Source: Azolla caroliniana
Lineage: Eukaryota > Plantae > Polypodiophyta
Length of the DNA stretch: 64,000 nucleotides
Assembly (NCBI GenBank): GCA_043228905.1
Contig: JBHGNT010000013.1
Span: 10,788,001 to 10,852,000, forward strand
Direction: 5' to 3'
The notes below the pieces were generated by a model that did not search any database, had not been told where the DNA came from, and saw only the letters and a list, made by a program, of their open reading frames with translations. The position numbers and the translations under genes are program-made. Shown here piece by piece: positions 13,377 through 27,400 of this stretch; position 1 is the stretch's first letter, and each line of letters starts with the position of its first letter.

Positions 13377-15349
13377 CATTTGTTTAATTACATATGGTGC
13401 CCCTCAACATTTTTCTTTATCTCTTTATTTGCCCCTAGTCAACCCCCCCAACACACACACACACAAAAAAAAAAATTAAAACAAACACTTCTCGAACAAC
13501 AATTATATTGTGTTGTTGCTTTGCGCGATTCGTGGGTCAATCCATTCTATGTATTCTTTCCTTCTTCCCTTTTTCCGTCCATTGATGGAAGAGGGAGAGG
13601 AGGCCAGTTTTATATGGTCAATTCATTACCCTTCTTCTCTTTATCATATTCTGGTGACTACGGCAAATATGTGGTGAGTTTATCTCCCCTTTTCCCCCTC
13701 CTTTGAGAGTTGACACACATTTCGGGCAATGAAGAAAGACGTCAGATGCTTCTAGATTTTCTACCCCCTTTTACTTTTCTCACGATACTATCTAGGTGAT
13801 AAAGAAGATGCAAACCTTGTTGCTTGGCTAGGTGTGGAGGGAACCGTACATACTCACCCACACCTTGCCAAAGGTATGTGGAGCATCATCACACAAACTT
13901 TAATATGCTAGATGTTGTGCTAGGTATTGTAAAGCTTTGCATGTAGAATTGGTTTGAGGGTTATAAGGAAACATGAAGGTCAATAAGGATTGAGGTCAAC
14001 CCCTAATGTTCTAACATGACATGTAGTTTAGGTATGGGCTGCATAATCTCACAATTTTGCCACTAGTTATCACACCTACATGCACCAACTTCACTTAGGT
14101 ATGCACCATTTTATTGCACAACATTGTATTGTTGAACCTTGTTGAGATAATAACATGAAGGATGTGGTTGCCTTGCTTGTAAAAGTTTGTAACATTGAAC
14201 ACTTCAAGGGAATTAGCATGGAAAGAAGTTATTTCCCACATGTGATTAATTCCTCAAATATCTTGTATGAGATCTTGTAGGTTTACTCATTGTCCCTCGA
14301 AATTATGGCTAAGGAGGGCATTCTTGAAGCCCTTTCCCATGGTTAAGGGTGAGTGAACTTTTTGGAGCTAATGCCTCACTTACATGGTTATTTTCTTACA
14401 TATAATGGCTCACTAACTATGAACAATCCACTCTAGTAATCAATGGTGGGGATTGGGGGGATAGACATAAAATTGTGTTGAAAACTCAAAGCTTTGGAAA
14501 CTTTGTTGTTATATTGAGATAGTGTCATGAGTTATTATTGTAGAAAAAGGCTTGATTGAAGAAGTTATTAGTTTATGTTAATCAATGTTTCATAATCTTG
14601 TATCTTTTTGAATGGTATTAGAGGTAATGATTTTCCAAACTACACCTTAAAGGTTGGTTTGAGTTGATTTTGGTGTAACTTGATTTGATTTATCCTTGAT
14701 GAGGCTGCAATCAAGGCAAAATTTTGACGGATGTCATGCTTGTTGAAGGCCATTTTGCCCATAAAAAACATACACCCAAACAAAAATGTTCATCAAGTGA
14801 CATATAAGAGAACACGTTCACGTTTCACAAGTGGAAGGATCGCACACAAATGGAATGATAAGGAATATTTCGTTTGATTTCAATACTTTTTCAGTGATAT
14901 TACAAAACACATTGATACCATTATCACACATTCTCAAAGATTCTATGGAAAAGCTTTAAAAAAAATCCACCTTTTCAAAAAATTGAAAAAACACAAATAA
15001 TGGCCAAATAAAAAAAATTACATTGTCTATTTTTTCGTAGAAATTACAAGTAATTGTTATTATGAAAAACAAGCTTCACTAGAAGTGATAGAGTTCAAAA
15101 CAATAAACATTTATATCAGCCAACATCTTACAAGCTTAAAGTGGTTACGCTCTAATGCCAGAAATACACTCAGGACTGAATTGCGTCAATATCACCACTC
15201 TTTTAATGAGAATCGCTACTGTAGCTAATATACAATGAGGATTCTTCCTCGTCGTCTTCAGATGTTCCGATCAAAGCATTGTCTTCATCTCAAACCAAAT
15301 TATGTACATCTGACCTAGTTCGTCTTCGATCTGAGAAGCCTTGTAAGCT

Positions 15350-15990
15350 TGGCAATTTCTCTTTTATTATGTTTATTGTTGACTTCCTTAGACGTCCAAC
15401 TTTTGTTAGTGTAAAATTGTAAACAATGATATCCACCTCACTAATGTCAAGGGTCGATGTGTTTCGAATATTTCTTTTCCTCCTTTTATTTCCTCATGAC
15501 GTTGGCCATTCCATCATCTCCAGTGTATACTTGCCTGCAAATGCATTCTTGCTTCTAGTGTTGTATCAGTGCACCTTTATAGACTTGATCAACAATATGC
15601 TTTCATGCATCACTACATCCAAAAATTTACCAATCCAAATTTGGTGGCCTAAGTCATTGTTATCTGTAGGTGTCACAATTAACATCCCAACCTTTAGTTC
15701 TTGTGAGTTTGCTTGCCACCTAGATTCAATTGCTTTTGTCATCCTTGGTCCCACATAATTGTCTATTTGTTGTGGATGGACCAAACTATCATCAATCACA
15801 TTAGGTGCATGGTACGGCAATTGAGAAGCAAGAGATTGTTGTATAGACCATGTAAATGGCATTTGCAAGGTTTAGTTACCTGCAACATAGTTTTCAATAA
15901 TTTCTTATTGATCTACAAAGAACATCCCACCACAATGTATCTTGTTGTGCTGCATATTTCTTTGCAAGATCAATATGCTTATTTTTCTCA
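15350..15990 (-). pseudogene. Unclassified transposon-like ORF remnant
   Basis: Broken protein-like frame QELKVGML...WIGKFLDV...SIKVH*YNT...FTLTKVGRLRKST; family not identified. Confidence 0.35.
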
Positions 15991-16019
15991 CTATACTCAT
16001 ACACAGTATGGGTTATTTT

Positions 16020-17010
16020 TTATGCCCGAGGCATATGGTTCTTTCCTAATCTCGGCCTTCTCATTCTCACTCTTCGGGCATTGCGTAGCATTCAACCTGC
16101 AGTTTGTCGGCAACACAGAGCCGGCTAGTGTTGCTTCCAACATGTTGAATCTTTCTAAGATCTTTGTCACATACTTCTCTTGTGACAACCATAGCACTCT
16201 CTTAGTTCTATCTTGAACTATGTGAATCCCCGATATCAATTTGGCCGGTCCAAGATCTTTCATGGCAAATGACTTGCCTAAAGCTTTCTTCAAGCTCCCG
16301 ATCTTCCTTGTATATTGTCCGACTATCAACATGTCGTCCACATATAACAAGAGAATTAAGCAATCGCCTTCATCATACATTTTTACGAACACACAGTGAT
16401 CGGCTTGTGTTTTGTGGAACCCATGTTCTAGCATGAAGGATTCAAACTTCTTGTACCATTGGTGTGGAGCTTGTTTCAGGACATACAAGCTTTTCTTCAG
16501 TCGACACACATCAGGTTCTCTTTCCCTTTCTCCACAAAGCCTTTGGGCTATTGCATGTAGATCTCTGCCATTTTTACTACTAGAGCGAATATCTCGTCAA
16601 AGTTGACACCCTTTTTCTGTTGAAACCCCTTCACCACAATATGGGCTTTATATTTGGGTGTGTTGTCTACTTCTCCAGTCTTCACCTTGTAGACCCATTT
16701 ATTCCCAAGTGCTCTCTTACCTTCCGGTAGCTCAATTAGGTCGTAGGTGTAATTCTCATGCAAGGAGTCCATCTCATCTTGCATTGCGCTCAACCATTTC
16801 TCTTTGTGCCCGTCGGCAATGACTTCATCATAACACTCTAGCTCACCTTCATTAGTCAAGAGGATGTGTTGACTGGCATATGTAGTCGGTGCTCTCCTCT
16901 CTCTGAGTGGGTATCTCCTTCCACCCATTGTCGGCTCCAGTTCAGATACCCCTACTGACTCTTCTCTAGGCTCGGGTTCATACATGTCGATCGGTTGCTC
17001 AGGGTTAGCC
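16020..17010 (-). mobile_element. Copia (Tork-like) reverse transcriptase fragment with internal deletion
   Basis: RRYPLRERRAP, WLSAMQDEMDSLHENYTYDL, KWVYKVK, CRLKKSLYVLKQAP, LLLYVDDMLI, FAMKDLG. Confidence 0.9.
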
Positions 17011-19393
17011 CGTCAAGATTTGAACTCTTAACATGACCATGTTATAATCAAGTGTTACGGGTTAACCAACACATCTAATATACAGTCATGTGTATAATTG
17101 CTTCTTGTAGTTTTTAGCTAGCATCATGTAGTTGCTCCCTTGTATGGCACGTGCATGCATACCTACATGCTTTATTGTAGATTCACATGCAGGCAACAGG
17201 TATGCATGCCACGTAATATAAATAGTTGAGTTCACCTTGAAGGAATTCAAGGTGAACAACACCAATTATGGAGTCTTTTAGTTAATATCACTCAACCATT
17301 TGGTTATCTTCTTTCTAGTCTCTTGAGCTTATGATCTATCCGTGACAGTTTGTTCACCTTCCATCCTCATAGCTCTCCCTCTCATTAGTCGTAGCTATGT
17401 CTGACCCAACCATTGACTTAAGCCAAATAATGATAGCCTTAGAACAACTCCAGCTTGAAAATGTAGCTCTTTGGGATTCTTTACGAGAACTTCAAGTAGG
17501 TGCCTCCCTATACTCACAGCCCACGGAGCCTAGTCTCCCACCGCAACCTAGCCTGGAGCCCAACCTTCCACCAACATCTAGCCTAGATTCATCTCATTTT
17601 CTTGAGACTAAGGTTAGCCTCCTAGAAAATTTTGATGGAAGGAGGTCACGTTTTTGGCGGTTCATCAACCAAATTCGTCTTATCATTCGGCTACAACCTC
17701 AATGGTATGCAGATGATCTTTCAGACAAGTTGGCCTTGTAGGCACCCTCCTCTCCGGTCCGGCCCAAGCTTGGTTTGCGCCATTAGTAGAAACGTCTTCA
17801 CCTCTATTGGAGGACTTTCACGCCTTCCTCGCCGAGTTGGAGGCCACATTTGGAGAGACAGACCGACGACGTACAACTCTCAACAAGCTTTATGCCCTCG
17901 AACAAGGTTCGCGTGCAACTTCTATCTATGCTTCAGAATTCTGACAACTAGCATGTGACGTCAACTGGGATGATCAAGCTTTAGTTGATCATTTCTAATG
18001 GGGCCTTCGGAGCAATGTCAAGAATCTTCTCTTGAACTTTCTTGAGCCCACCTCATTATCCCAAGCGATCTCACAAGTAGTCCATTGTGACAATCGTCTT
18101 TTAGAATTTCGCCAATAAGAGCGCGAGACTTGGGGGATTCATTCACTTCCATGACACGCCCCAGTAGTACATCCCTAAGTATCATTCTCACCGGTTGCGT
18201 CACAGAAATTGATCAAGCCCGATTTCGGCCATTGACTGATGTTGAACAACAACATCGGCGAGCTAATGGCTTGTGCATGTATTGTGGTGCCTCGGGTCAT
18301 CTCCTTCGCCATTGTCATAGGACTAATCGCCCACAATTCCATTGAGCTAACAGACCCCAACATCTAGAAAACGACAGTGTTCGGTTGCAGTAGAAGCCGT
18401 GCAACTGGGTGTCTCTTGTCACCCACATTCTCTTGGTTCCATTGCCGGACCATCAGGCAATTTCACATTGGAGGTATGGCTTTCTTTTAACTCCAGTTCC
18501 ATTCAGTTTGTCTCTTTACTTGATTATGGGACGTCTTCTTGCTTCATCGACGTCGCATTCGCCCAAGCACATGGTGTACTAGTTGTTTGCCTCTCAAAAC
18601 TCATTCTCGTTGAAGCCATCGATGGGTGCATCCTCTCATCAAGACCAATTACTCAAACTACGAAGCCAACAGGGCTTCTTGTGGGCTCACACCAAGAGGA
18701 GCTCACCTTTTACCTCATCGCATCTCCTCGACATCCGATTGTCTTAGGACTTAACGTGGTTGGAGGTGCACAATCCAATAGTGGATTGGTGCAATCGCTC
18801 AATCGCATTTAGCGAGCCAGGATGCTCGCACAAAACTATGAAGGTCAATTCAATTTCCCATCCTTCGGAGAAGGTTGATTCCGACTTGGCCACCCCACCC
18901 TCGGTCCAACATGGGGTCGTTTGTGGTGCCGTTTCTAACACACTCCACATTATTCCCGACAAATACCAAGACTTCTCCGACGTATTTGAGAAATGTAATG
19001 CAGATCGTTTGCCCGAAGACTGGCTCTACAACTATCCGATTGATATTCAAGAAGGTGTGTGTCCACCCTTTGGTCCTCTATATGCGTTGTTTGCACCAAA
19101 GCTAAAGGCCCTTCGTGTGTATCTCGATGAGAACCTAGAGAAAGGATTTATTCAACCTTCTAAGTCACTAGCCAAGGCCCCCATATTATTCGTGAAGAAG
19201 ATGGCTCTCTACGCTTATGCGTCGACTACCGAGGTCTCAACAAACTCACTATGCGCAACCGCTATCACCTTGATCGGCTCCACATTGCATGTGTCTTCTC
19301 CAAAGTTGATCTGCATGGAGCATACAATCTAGTACGCATCAACCCGGGGGATGAATGGAAAACCGCATTCCGAACACGGTATGGGCATTTCTA
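17011..19393 (+). mobile_element. Degenerate chromovirus-type Gypsy: 5' LTR (to 17347), gag, protease, partial RT
   Basis: Gag FDGRRSRF...CMYCGASGHLLRHC; protease LLDYGT; [24 protein letters not shown]. Many stops. Homologous to 53426-59222. Left boundary approximate. Confidence 0.9.
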
Positions 19394-20225
19394 ATACTTA
19401 TCACATGTCAATGATGAATGTCTTCTTCAGCATGTAGCTCCACATCTATCACATATCAATGTTGGACGTCTTCTGCAGCATGTACCTCTTATTTATGCAA
19501 TTGATAGCATACCAGATTTTAGCGCTACCCTATATAGAAATGAGTGATTTATATTTGACAATCCTTCGTACACTATTATCAAAATGAATATCTTTCCTTC
19601 ATGACAACATTAACGAAGGAACTAGAGGAAATTATAACTTCGATATTTATTTAATACCTGTGAATGGAAAAGCTCAAAATGCTTTTTCACTGGCTAGCGA
19701 ACAGTATTGGGGAATAACAAAAACTTAGTGCATTGAGGATAATAACGAAAATTTCAGGGTATAATGTGGCTTTCTTCCCATAAACTTACGTGGTCAAATT
19801 TGGTACGAATTATCATGTATTAACCAGAAAAGCACGTTCGAACAAAAAATACTACATTACAAGGGAATAAGATTTGTAGCTCAAGATGGGAATATAATAC
19901 TGAAAATTCCACTGAATATAGTGAAGGGTCCTATTAAATGTACAATGGTAAAGTCTGCTGAAGTGAATCGTGAATTACATTATTACATCTTCTGAAAAGA
20001 ATGTGCATAATACAAGAATACAACGTTCCTGGCTGGTATAGCTGTAGCATCTCCCGAGGTACTGGAGAAACATAATTTTTCTTTCAAATAATGCAGTAAA
20101 AAACACATAATTACATAAACTTGCATTCTCTTTTGATTTCCAGAACTGGATTAATAAATCAGACGACCCCATAAGAGAAAGCATGGACATGGTTAAATTT
20201 TATATTATCTATATGATGGTTTTTA

Positions 20226-23200
20226 TCAAGTCCTTGGATGAATTAAATTCCGAACAGATGTCGAATTTAAAGGCACCACCGAAAACTCATTACCAGGAAT
20301 ATTGTCAGAACTACCAGATTTTGATGTCACTGAAACTCCTGATGAGCTTTCAGAAGCACTTTTAGTATATACAATGTTTGCAGAATCTTGTGCTGATATG
20401 TCTTTCCCACCTGTATCTCGTCTCTCTCGTTCTTCTGATTCCTTTAGCAGGAAATCAATCCAAAGATCTGAAAATGACGACTGCATATAAAAACAAGTTG
20501 ACACTTTAGAAATTAGGTTACATTGAATGCAAATTTTACGCTTGTAAAGTTTGAGATCAAGTACACCTTTACATTGAAAGAAAGCAATACCAACAGTGAT
20601 CAACAACGACATCATATTTGAGCCTTTCTTAAGAGGAAATATTTTTTACAAACTGATACATTTGCGAAGAATCTAGAGAAGAAACATGTGTAAATTTCCC
20701 TTGTTCTGAACTCTACTTTCTGCTACTTGCCTTTTTGAGAATCCAAAAAAAGCAATTAAAGATAGCTTCTGCGACTTCCAACATGATCGTATGAGGTGAA
20801 ATGAATAACAGAAGGGCAGAATCACAACCTGATTATCTGTCTGTAACGAAGCTGCTGTTGGTGATGATGAATCAGTTTTCAACAAACCACCAACAACACG
20901 ACCAGTCAGACCCAATACTCCCCGAACCATGCTTTTGCCGCCTTGCTGCGCAACACCTATAGATCGCTTTTCCTCATCAGAGAAGCCTAGCATTCGTGCC
21001 ATTAGATCTAGAACCTACATCATCAAATTATACACTAATTGAACATACATAAAATTAACGAGTACAAGAGTTAACTAGATGGTAACGAAATGGGAGAATT
21101 TATAAACCTCTTTGCTCTGGTGCCGCTGAAAATATGTCACCAATAACTTGATCACAATGCGCCTGCAACATTTGAAGAAATCTCAGTCTCATGATGAGCA
21201 TTAGAACCCCTACTTTTTCAGCTACATATGCATATGATATGTATAATCCCTACAAATTAAAATGAACCATGTCTTTATAATCACCTAGTACAAGCAAATC
21301 TCACAGACAGTCCCATTCGTTCACACCAACTAAATATATGCCAAGCACAGACCTGTCTACATAATAGTCTGAATCGGATGACATCCTGTTGAGTCGAGTT
21401 AAACTTTGTTCAAGAGCACGACGCAACATCAAGATATCTGCTTCAAGTTTATGAGCCTTTCCCTCACTTTCCTCTACCTTCTTCTGCTGCAGAATAAGCT
21501 TCTCCAAAAGCTCTCCTTTCTCCTTATCTTTCATTTCCATAGAATTGTTCACAATCTGGTTATAAATAATATTCCAAACAGCTTAAATATCATTAGGATT
21601 ACGTGGTCTGCTTTAGAATCAATCTCTGGATACTTTGCATAAGATAAATACACAGAACATTGATCTCACTTTCTCGTAAGTCATGCTCAAGACCTGGCAC
21701 CTATTTAACATCCACATTGAACATATTGATGCTGAATAAGCACAAACATACTAGTGTGATAGAACTCAGAGAGTCAACATTTACCAGAAATTGAGTGCTT
21801 CCAATTGCTTTCCTTTGGGTAAGCCCTTTTAAATTGATGTCCACATGATTTCTAGAGAGGTACATTTCTCCATAGAGAAGTTGTGCCAACAGACTGAGTC
21901 CCAAGTCCCACATACTAAGTTTGCAATTAAGGAGAGCAGATTTGTGGGCCTATTTGGAATTTTGGCGCATCTCAAAACATCTCTAATGGTAAAAATCAAT
22001 GGAGAGGGCTCTTTGTATACATGATCTACAGAATGATCCAACTTAACCATCTATACTCCACAATATTATCAGGGTTGAGGTGGCTACACCAATGATAGTT
22101 AGTCATAAGGGCTCTGGCCAGGTCCATGTACTTTCTTCGTCGTACATGGTAGCTTACTCAAAATCTATATGCCAAGTTCACTCTAGAGTCCTCTAGAAAG
22201 TTGGCCACTGACATTGGTATTTCATCATGGTATGCACAAATGGCATTGTAGCTTGACTTCAATGGTTTTATCACTCTTCCAATACTCCCAAGATTCATCA
22301 TCTCTCACACTAGCTCACTCAAAGATTAGCAAACTCATCCGTCAAGATGATGTGCACGTACAGCCTATAAGGATTCTAAGGGCATAGATTATGCCCACAC
22401 AGCAGTTAGATACAAGGATAGGCTTCTATTGAAACCATATACTGCACATCATGGAGGATAGAATTATAATCTGTCGTGGATATATGGAAATCCATGTCCC
22501 ATTAATTGAGATGCACCATGGGCCATATCCGCACCTCATCACATCAGTTGAAGAAAGGATATGTATGCATAGGGATGTACCTCCCAAACAAAGGATATGT
22601 CTGTTATGCCATACAGCGCCAGAGTCCGAGAAGTACAACCAATGCCACAATATACTATGGGATCCAATGGGGGCTAATTTGAACTATTCTCACAAGTCAT
22701 GGACTTCTATGATTAGAGGTGTTTAGGGCTGTTTGTATTAGAGATCCATTGATTTAGAGATTCTCTTCGAAGGAGTAGATGGCAGCAAGGGCTGTACAAA
22801 GGCTGTACAAAGCGAAATGAGACACTTAAAACAAGCACTCTTCAAAAGGCCATGCCAACAGACCTCAGAGCAAGCACGACCAACTCCTTGTAGAGGGATA
22901 CCAGTTGACAAGAGGTTCATTTTGGAGAGTTCAAGGATACGTGGATTATTACATACTAGACATAGCCTGCATGGGGGGTACATAGCCATTGCCTTAGATC
23001 AAGCACAATCTGTAGGTAGCCCATCCTAAGAGATTGTTCATGTGTTGATTCAATATTATGAGATCAATTATGGACTGATCTGATCCGTGGGTTATTGTGC
23101 ACAGAGGCCACATTCAGCTCAATCACAACCCTGTCATCCTTGCCATTGAATGATAAAGGCCATTATCACCCAATGCCAAAGGTGCTTTCCTCACTTTAGA

Positions 23201-24425
23201 GACCTCCATCTTTGTTGGGCTCATGCTAGAAAATCTTCAATGGCAGAAGTTTCAGTCCATCAAAGTTCAGAATATCAAGTACTTCGCTGGCAAGAACCTC
23301 TGGCACCTTATGCAATCCTACTAAATTAGCTATATTTATTTTGGTTTTCTGGTTTTTAAAGACGAGAACATTTTAAGGTATAATCTCCGTTTCAGTCTCA
23401 TAGAATTCAAGAGAAGTGGAGAGAAGTTATTGAAGAACAATACAACAACAGATTTCAACAAAGAGTCCATCGTGACTTTCTTTAGCTCCATCACTCCTTA
23501 AGCTACATGCCATCAACAGCTACACAAGTGGCGTGGTTGCACAACACACAGAAGGGATACAATAGGTCATACAATGCAATGTGTCATGCATGTAGCCCAC
23601 GCCCATCTAAACAATTGGCACATCACCCTTATAAAGGAGATTATTGGTGATCTCTAGCTTCAGAGATCTCTTTGTATTGGAGCAGCCTACATTCAAGATT
23701 TTCGAAGGCAGAAGTTTCCCTCTATCTAAATTGAGAATCTTATGAGCTTAGATAATTAGATTCTTCAGTATCCCTATGTTTAGCTGTATTTACTTTCGTT
23801 TGTTGCTACGAGATGACATCTGTTTTCGTATATGCATTTATTTTGTACAATTGTATCCTCTGCATTAATTATACCCATGGTTCAAATATCATTAGCCAGG
23901 TAGACTTTAACTTCGATTAACATGGATGTAACTTTTGAAGATGTTACTATAACATTTCATTTCATTTCTATCGAGCAAGTTGTGTGGTAAACAGATATAT
24001 GCTCCATTTCATATAGCCCACTACTAGAAGAAACATGAAAGTCAAAGATGGAGCAATCATGATCTACCCAGATTGAGACTCTTCGCTATCTATCACATGA
24101 AAAATTCTAGATTCAGAGTTAACTCTCAATCTCATGAGATGTATACCAAAACGGCTATAAAAGCCAAAAAAAAGGAGCATAAAGCAGTCTGCATATGCAG
24201 AGCTAATCGTTAATCGAATTCATGTAGTACCTATTTTGGAGATTTTTGACCTAACATAGCACCTAACATATCAGTTCTTCTGGTAACAAAATTCAACTGA
24301 ACTCACTGGAATTCCAATTTACAGAATTTGAAGAAAATATTCTTTAGAAGGTTTTAAAGTTCTAATATGATTTGTTTTAATCTCTGTATAAGCCATAGAT
24401 AGATAGATAGATAACAGATATACAG

Positions 24426-24467
<42 letters not shown>

Positions 24468-27400
24468 AAAAGTATATAGTACAGAGATAAAATTATGCAA
24501 CCTGATAAGTAGAATGAAACAATCACAAAAGCTAAAAATGCAGTTCATGCATTTGAATATAGCACCCACCCTGAGTTGATCCTGAAGAGTATTAAGCTCG
24601 TTCTTTGTAGCCGCGAGTTCAAGATGTAGGCGCTCCTAGAAACAAAAAAAACATTACTATGCGATCTTGGACTTGTGCAGAAAATGAGATCTTGAACTAA
24701 AATAATACCTTAGCTTCACTTTCAGCATAGTATTGTCCTAGTGCAGCTTGAAGGTTAGTAAGTTCACTATCCTTGGATTCTAATGCACTCATGCAAGAAG
24801 ATAACTTTTTTTTGAGCGTTAGGTTCTCTTGATGGACCTCTTCTAATTGTATAACATTCCTTTTGTTGACATCTTCTTGTGTTGCTAGAGTCTGTGCAAG
24901 ATTTTGTTCTAACCACATTGCTCGCATGATACTTGCATCAGCTTTTTGTTGAAGCTCTTTGATCAGTTTACCATCTCGTTCCATTTTCTCTGTATCAGAT
25001 GTTTCCTGAAGTAGAAAGAATTAAAACTATGTTTCATTACCACCAGCATGAAAGAAAGAAATGTTCAACATGGAAAACTATGTTTCTGTACTACTGCTGA
25101 TAGACGATAGCCATATTAGTGTCTTTTAAGATGCCAAAAAGGCTTATAAGACCAAACAAGAGATCTACCTTACAATGTTTTCTCATCTTTGAGAACAATA
25201 AATCAAAATAGAATTACCTAAACATAGGGTACTAAAGAATCTAGATATATAAGAACTTAAATTCTAAACTTTTGTATTCAAAAAATCTTTCAACATGGAC
25301 CACTCCAATATGAGAGATCTTAGAAGCGAGGGAAGCACCTTTTGTGAGGTAATAATGGTCTTTATTTTCCAGTGATAAGGGTGAGGAGGTTGTGGTCTAG
25401 ATGGTCATAGCCTACATGCATGGCACATTGTTATTGCCTGATCTGTTGTAACTCCTTTCAAGTGTTCTGGTCCCATTAGTGTAGCCCTTGATTGACTTGT
25501 AGCATGAGTGACATGGCTAAAGAAATTCATGGGTATCCTCTGTTAATAATTTGTTGTGTTTGTATTGTTGTCTTCAACAACTCCCACGTCTCTTAAGTTC
25601 TAGCAAGAACAGTTCCAATCACTATTGGTCTTCATTCCATGATTGTGCATAGCGGACCAAAGCCTTGTTTAAGACACACAATAATGACACTCCCTCACAT
25701 TCATAAAAACAAAACCACGATGGCACACACAGTGTTCTTCCAATTCCATGCCCCAAAGGCACAGAATGCAGATCCATGCTTCCATAAATTTGCATGCATA
25801 TCTGCCAATCTCATTCTATGGAGGACACGAGATATATGTCAATCCATATAAGAAGTCCTAATAATAGATTCATCCTGCTACAAGCATTAAAAAAACGAGT
25901 TCCTTGTAGTACATGTTCATCCTGAGGGATGTTATGGGGATGTTCCATGTTCTTTTATTACCCAATTTAATGATGCAATCTCACCTGATGACTTTGCTAA
26001 TCTTTGATTGGGTGTGCATGAGAAATGGTGCATTGAAGAAGTACTAAAAGGGTGTCCTGTTTACTATGAAACTTTATCTCAAACCAAGATGCTATTTGGG
26101 CATTACAAACATGAAGTATCACTCAATCACCAACTGCCTAAACGAGTCATGAACCCACCTGTCATATGTCTAGGGAGCTTGCATGTTCTATGACAGAAGG
26201 ACACTAACCTGACAAGAACCTCTACAATCATCAGAGCTGCAGCCATTTGAACCTAATCATCCAGTGGGTACAGATACTTTGTCCTATTTCAGATAAAATT
26301 AATGCAACAAGTTCAAATTTCAGCCAATAATTTTATGCTTGAAACTGATATTTCTTTGTTAAACAAGTTGATCAATTTACGCTCGCACGATTTTCGGCTT
26401 TACAAATTGGCGGCTTTAGGTTTATCAGGCTCCTGTTTTTATTTTCCATTAGTCTGAAACCTATGATACATGTTATTTTCCTCATTTCGAACAGTGATGT
26501 CAGATCCACATAGAGACAAATGGTCCATGGCTTTGGCAGATTCATTGCTTGTGCAAAAGAGTGATGCCTCAAATTGCATCCTGATAAAGCATGTGGTTAA
26601 TGGGCAATGGAATCTTTATGAGCTGTTCCAAATTCCCTTAGCTTCCTAGAGGAAGAGAGGTCTGCGTCCACAATCCATATCAAGAATCACTGAGTCATAC
26701 ATACAATTAAACTACAGCCACAGGTATACGTTGTCATCTCATTGAAGAAAATGACCAAAACTCCTGTATATAAGAAGCTACAGAATATGTTGCAAAGTTA
26801 ACACCAAAGGCGAACTCTTAAATTAAAAGCACAACCTCTGTTGCCTCTGTTCATATATAACTTGAAGCAAAAAACGTCTCTGGCTCACCATCTGCTCCAT
26901 TCCATACAGCAATGTAATGCAACCTTTGATCGACATGGCAATAGTGGATAATAATATCCCACTCACTCTCCATCACAACAAACTAGTTTAGAATTCTATG
27001 TGAGGAACAAAACTAAGCAATGTTTTCTTTCTCTCACTACAATTGAAGTAGAATCATAACATGATATTTACTTATTAGTGCATGAGCATGTGCTGTATGC
27101 TGTCTGAGAAATTCTTTTTCTAATTTGCACAAACTGATAATTGATGTTAAGAAGATCTCCGCTATGGAAAAGGCAACATAACACATTTATATACATACAG
27201 GAAAATACATAGATTCTGTTCAGGATGTCAGAAAGTGCCTTTTCAATGAGATGTTGCTTTAGCCTATCAAGATTCCGAAATGCCTTGTCCCTTTCTGCAC
27301 AAAGAGCTTCGATCCTTTTTTGATAATCTATTCTTTCAAGATGGAAATCTGGTTTTGCCTCTTTGGGAGCATTGATCACCTAGTGAACACAAAAGAAACA

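Noticed and set aside
13138-13706. ORFs with SLSLSL runs
   Set aside because: Translation of a CT microsatellite.
13700-14750. Possible old retroelement relic
   Set aside because: No motif could be read with confidence.
19395-19490. Imperfect ~50-bp tandem duplication at the Gypsy truncation point
   Set aside because: Two diverged copies only; no functional signal.
25500-26270. Possible L1 LINE C-terminal remnant
   Set aside because: Only faint motif resemblance; too decayed to support.
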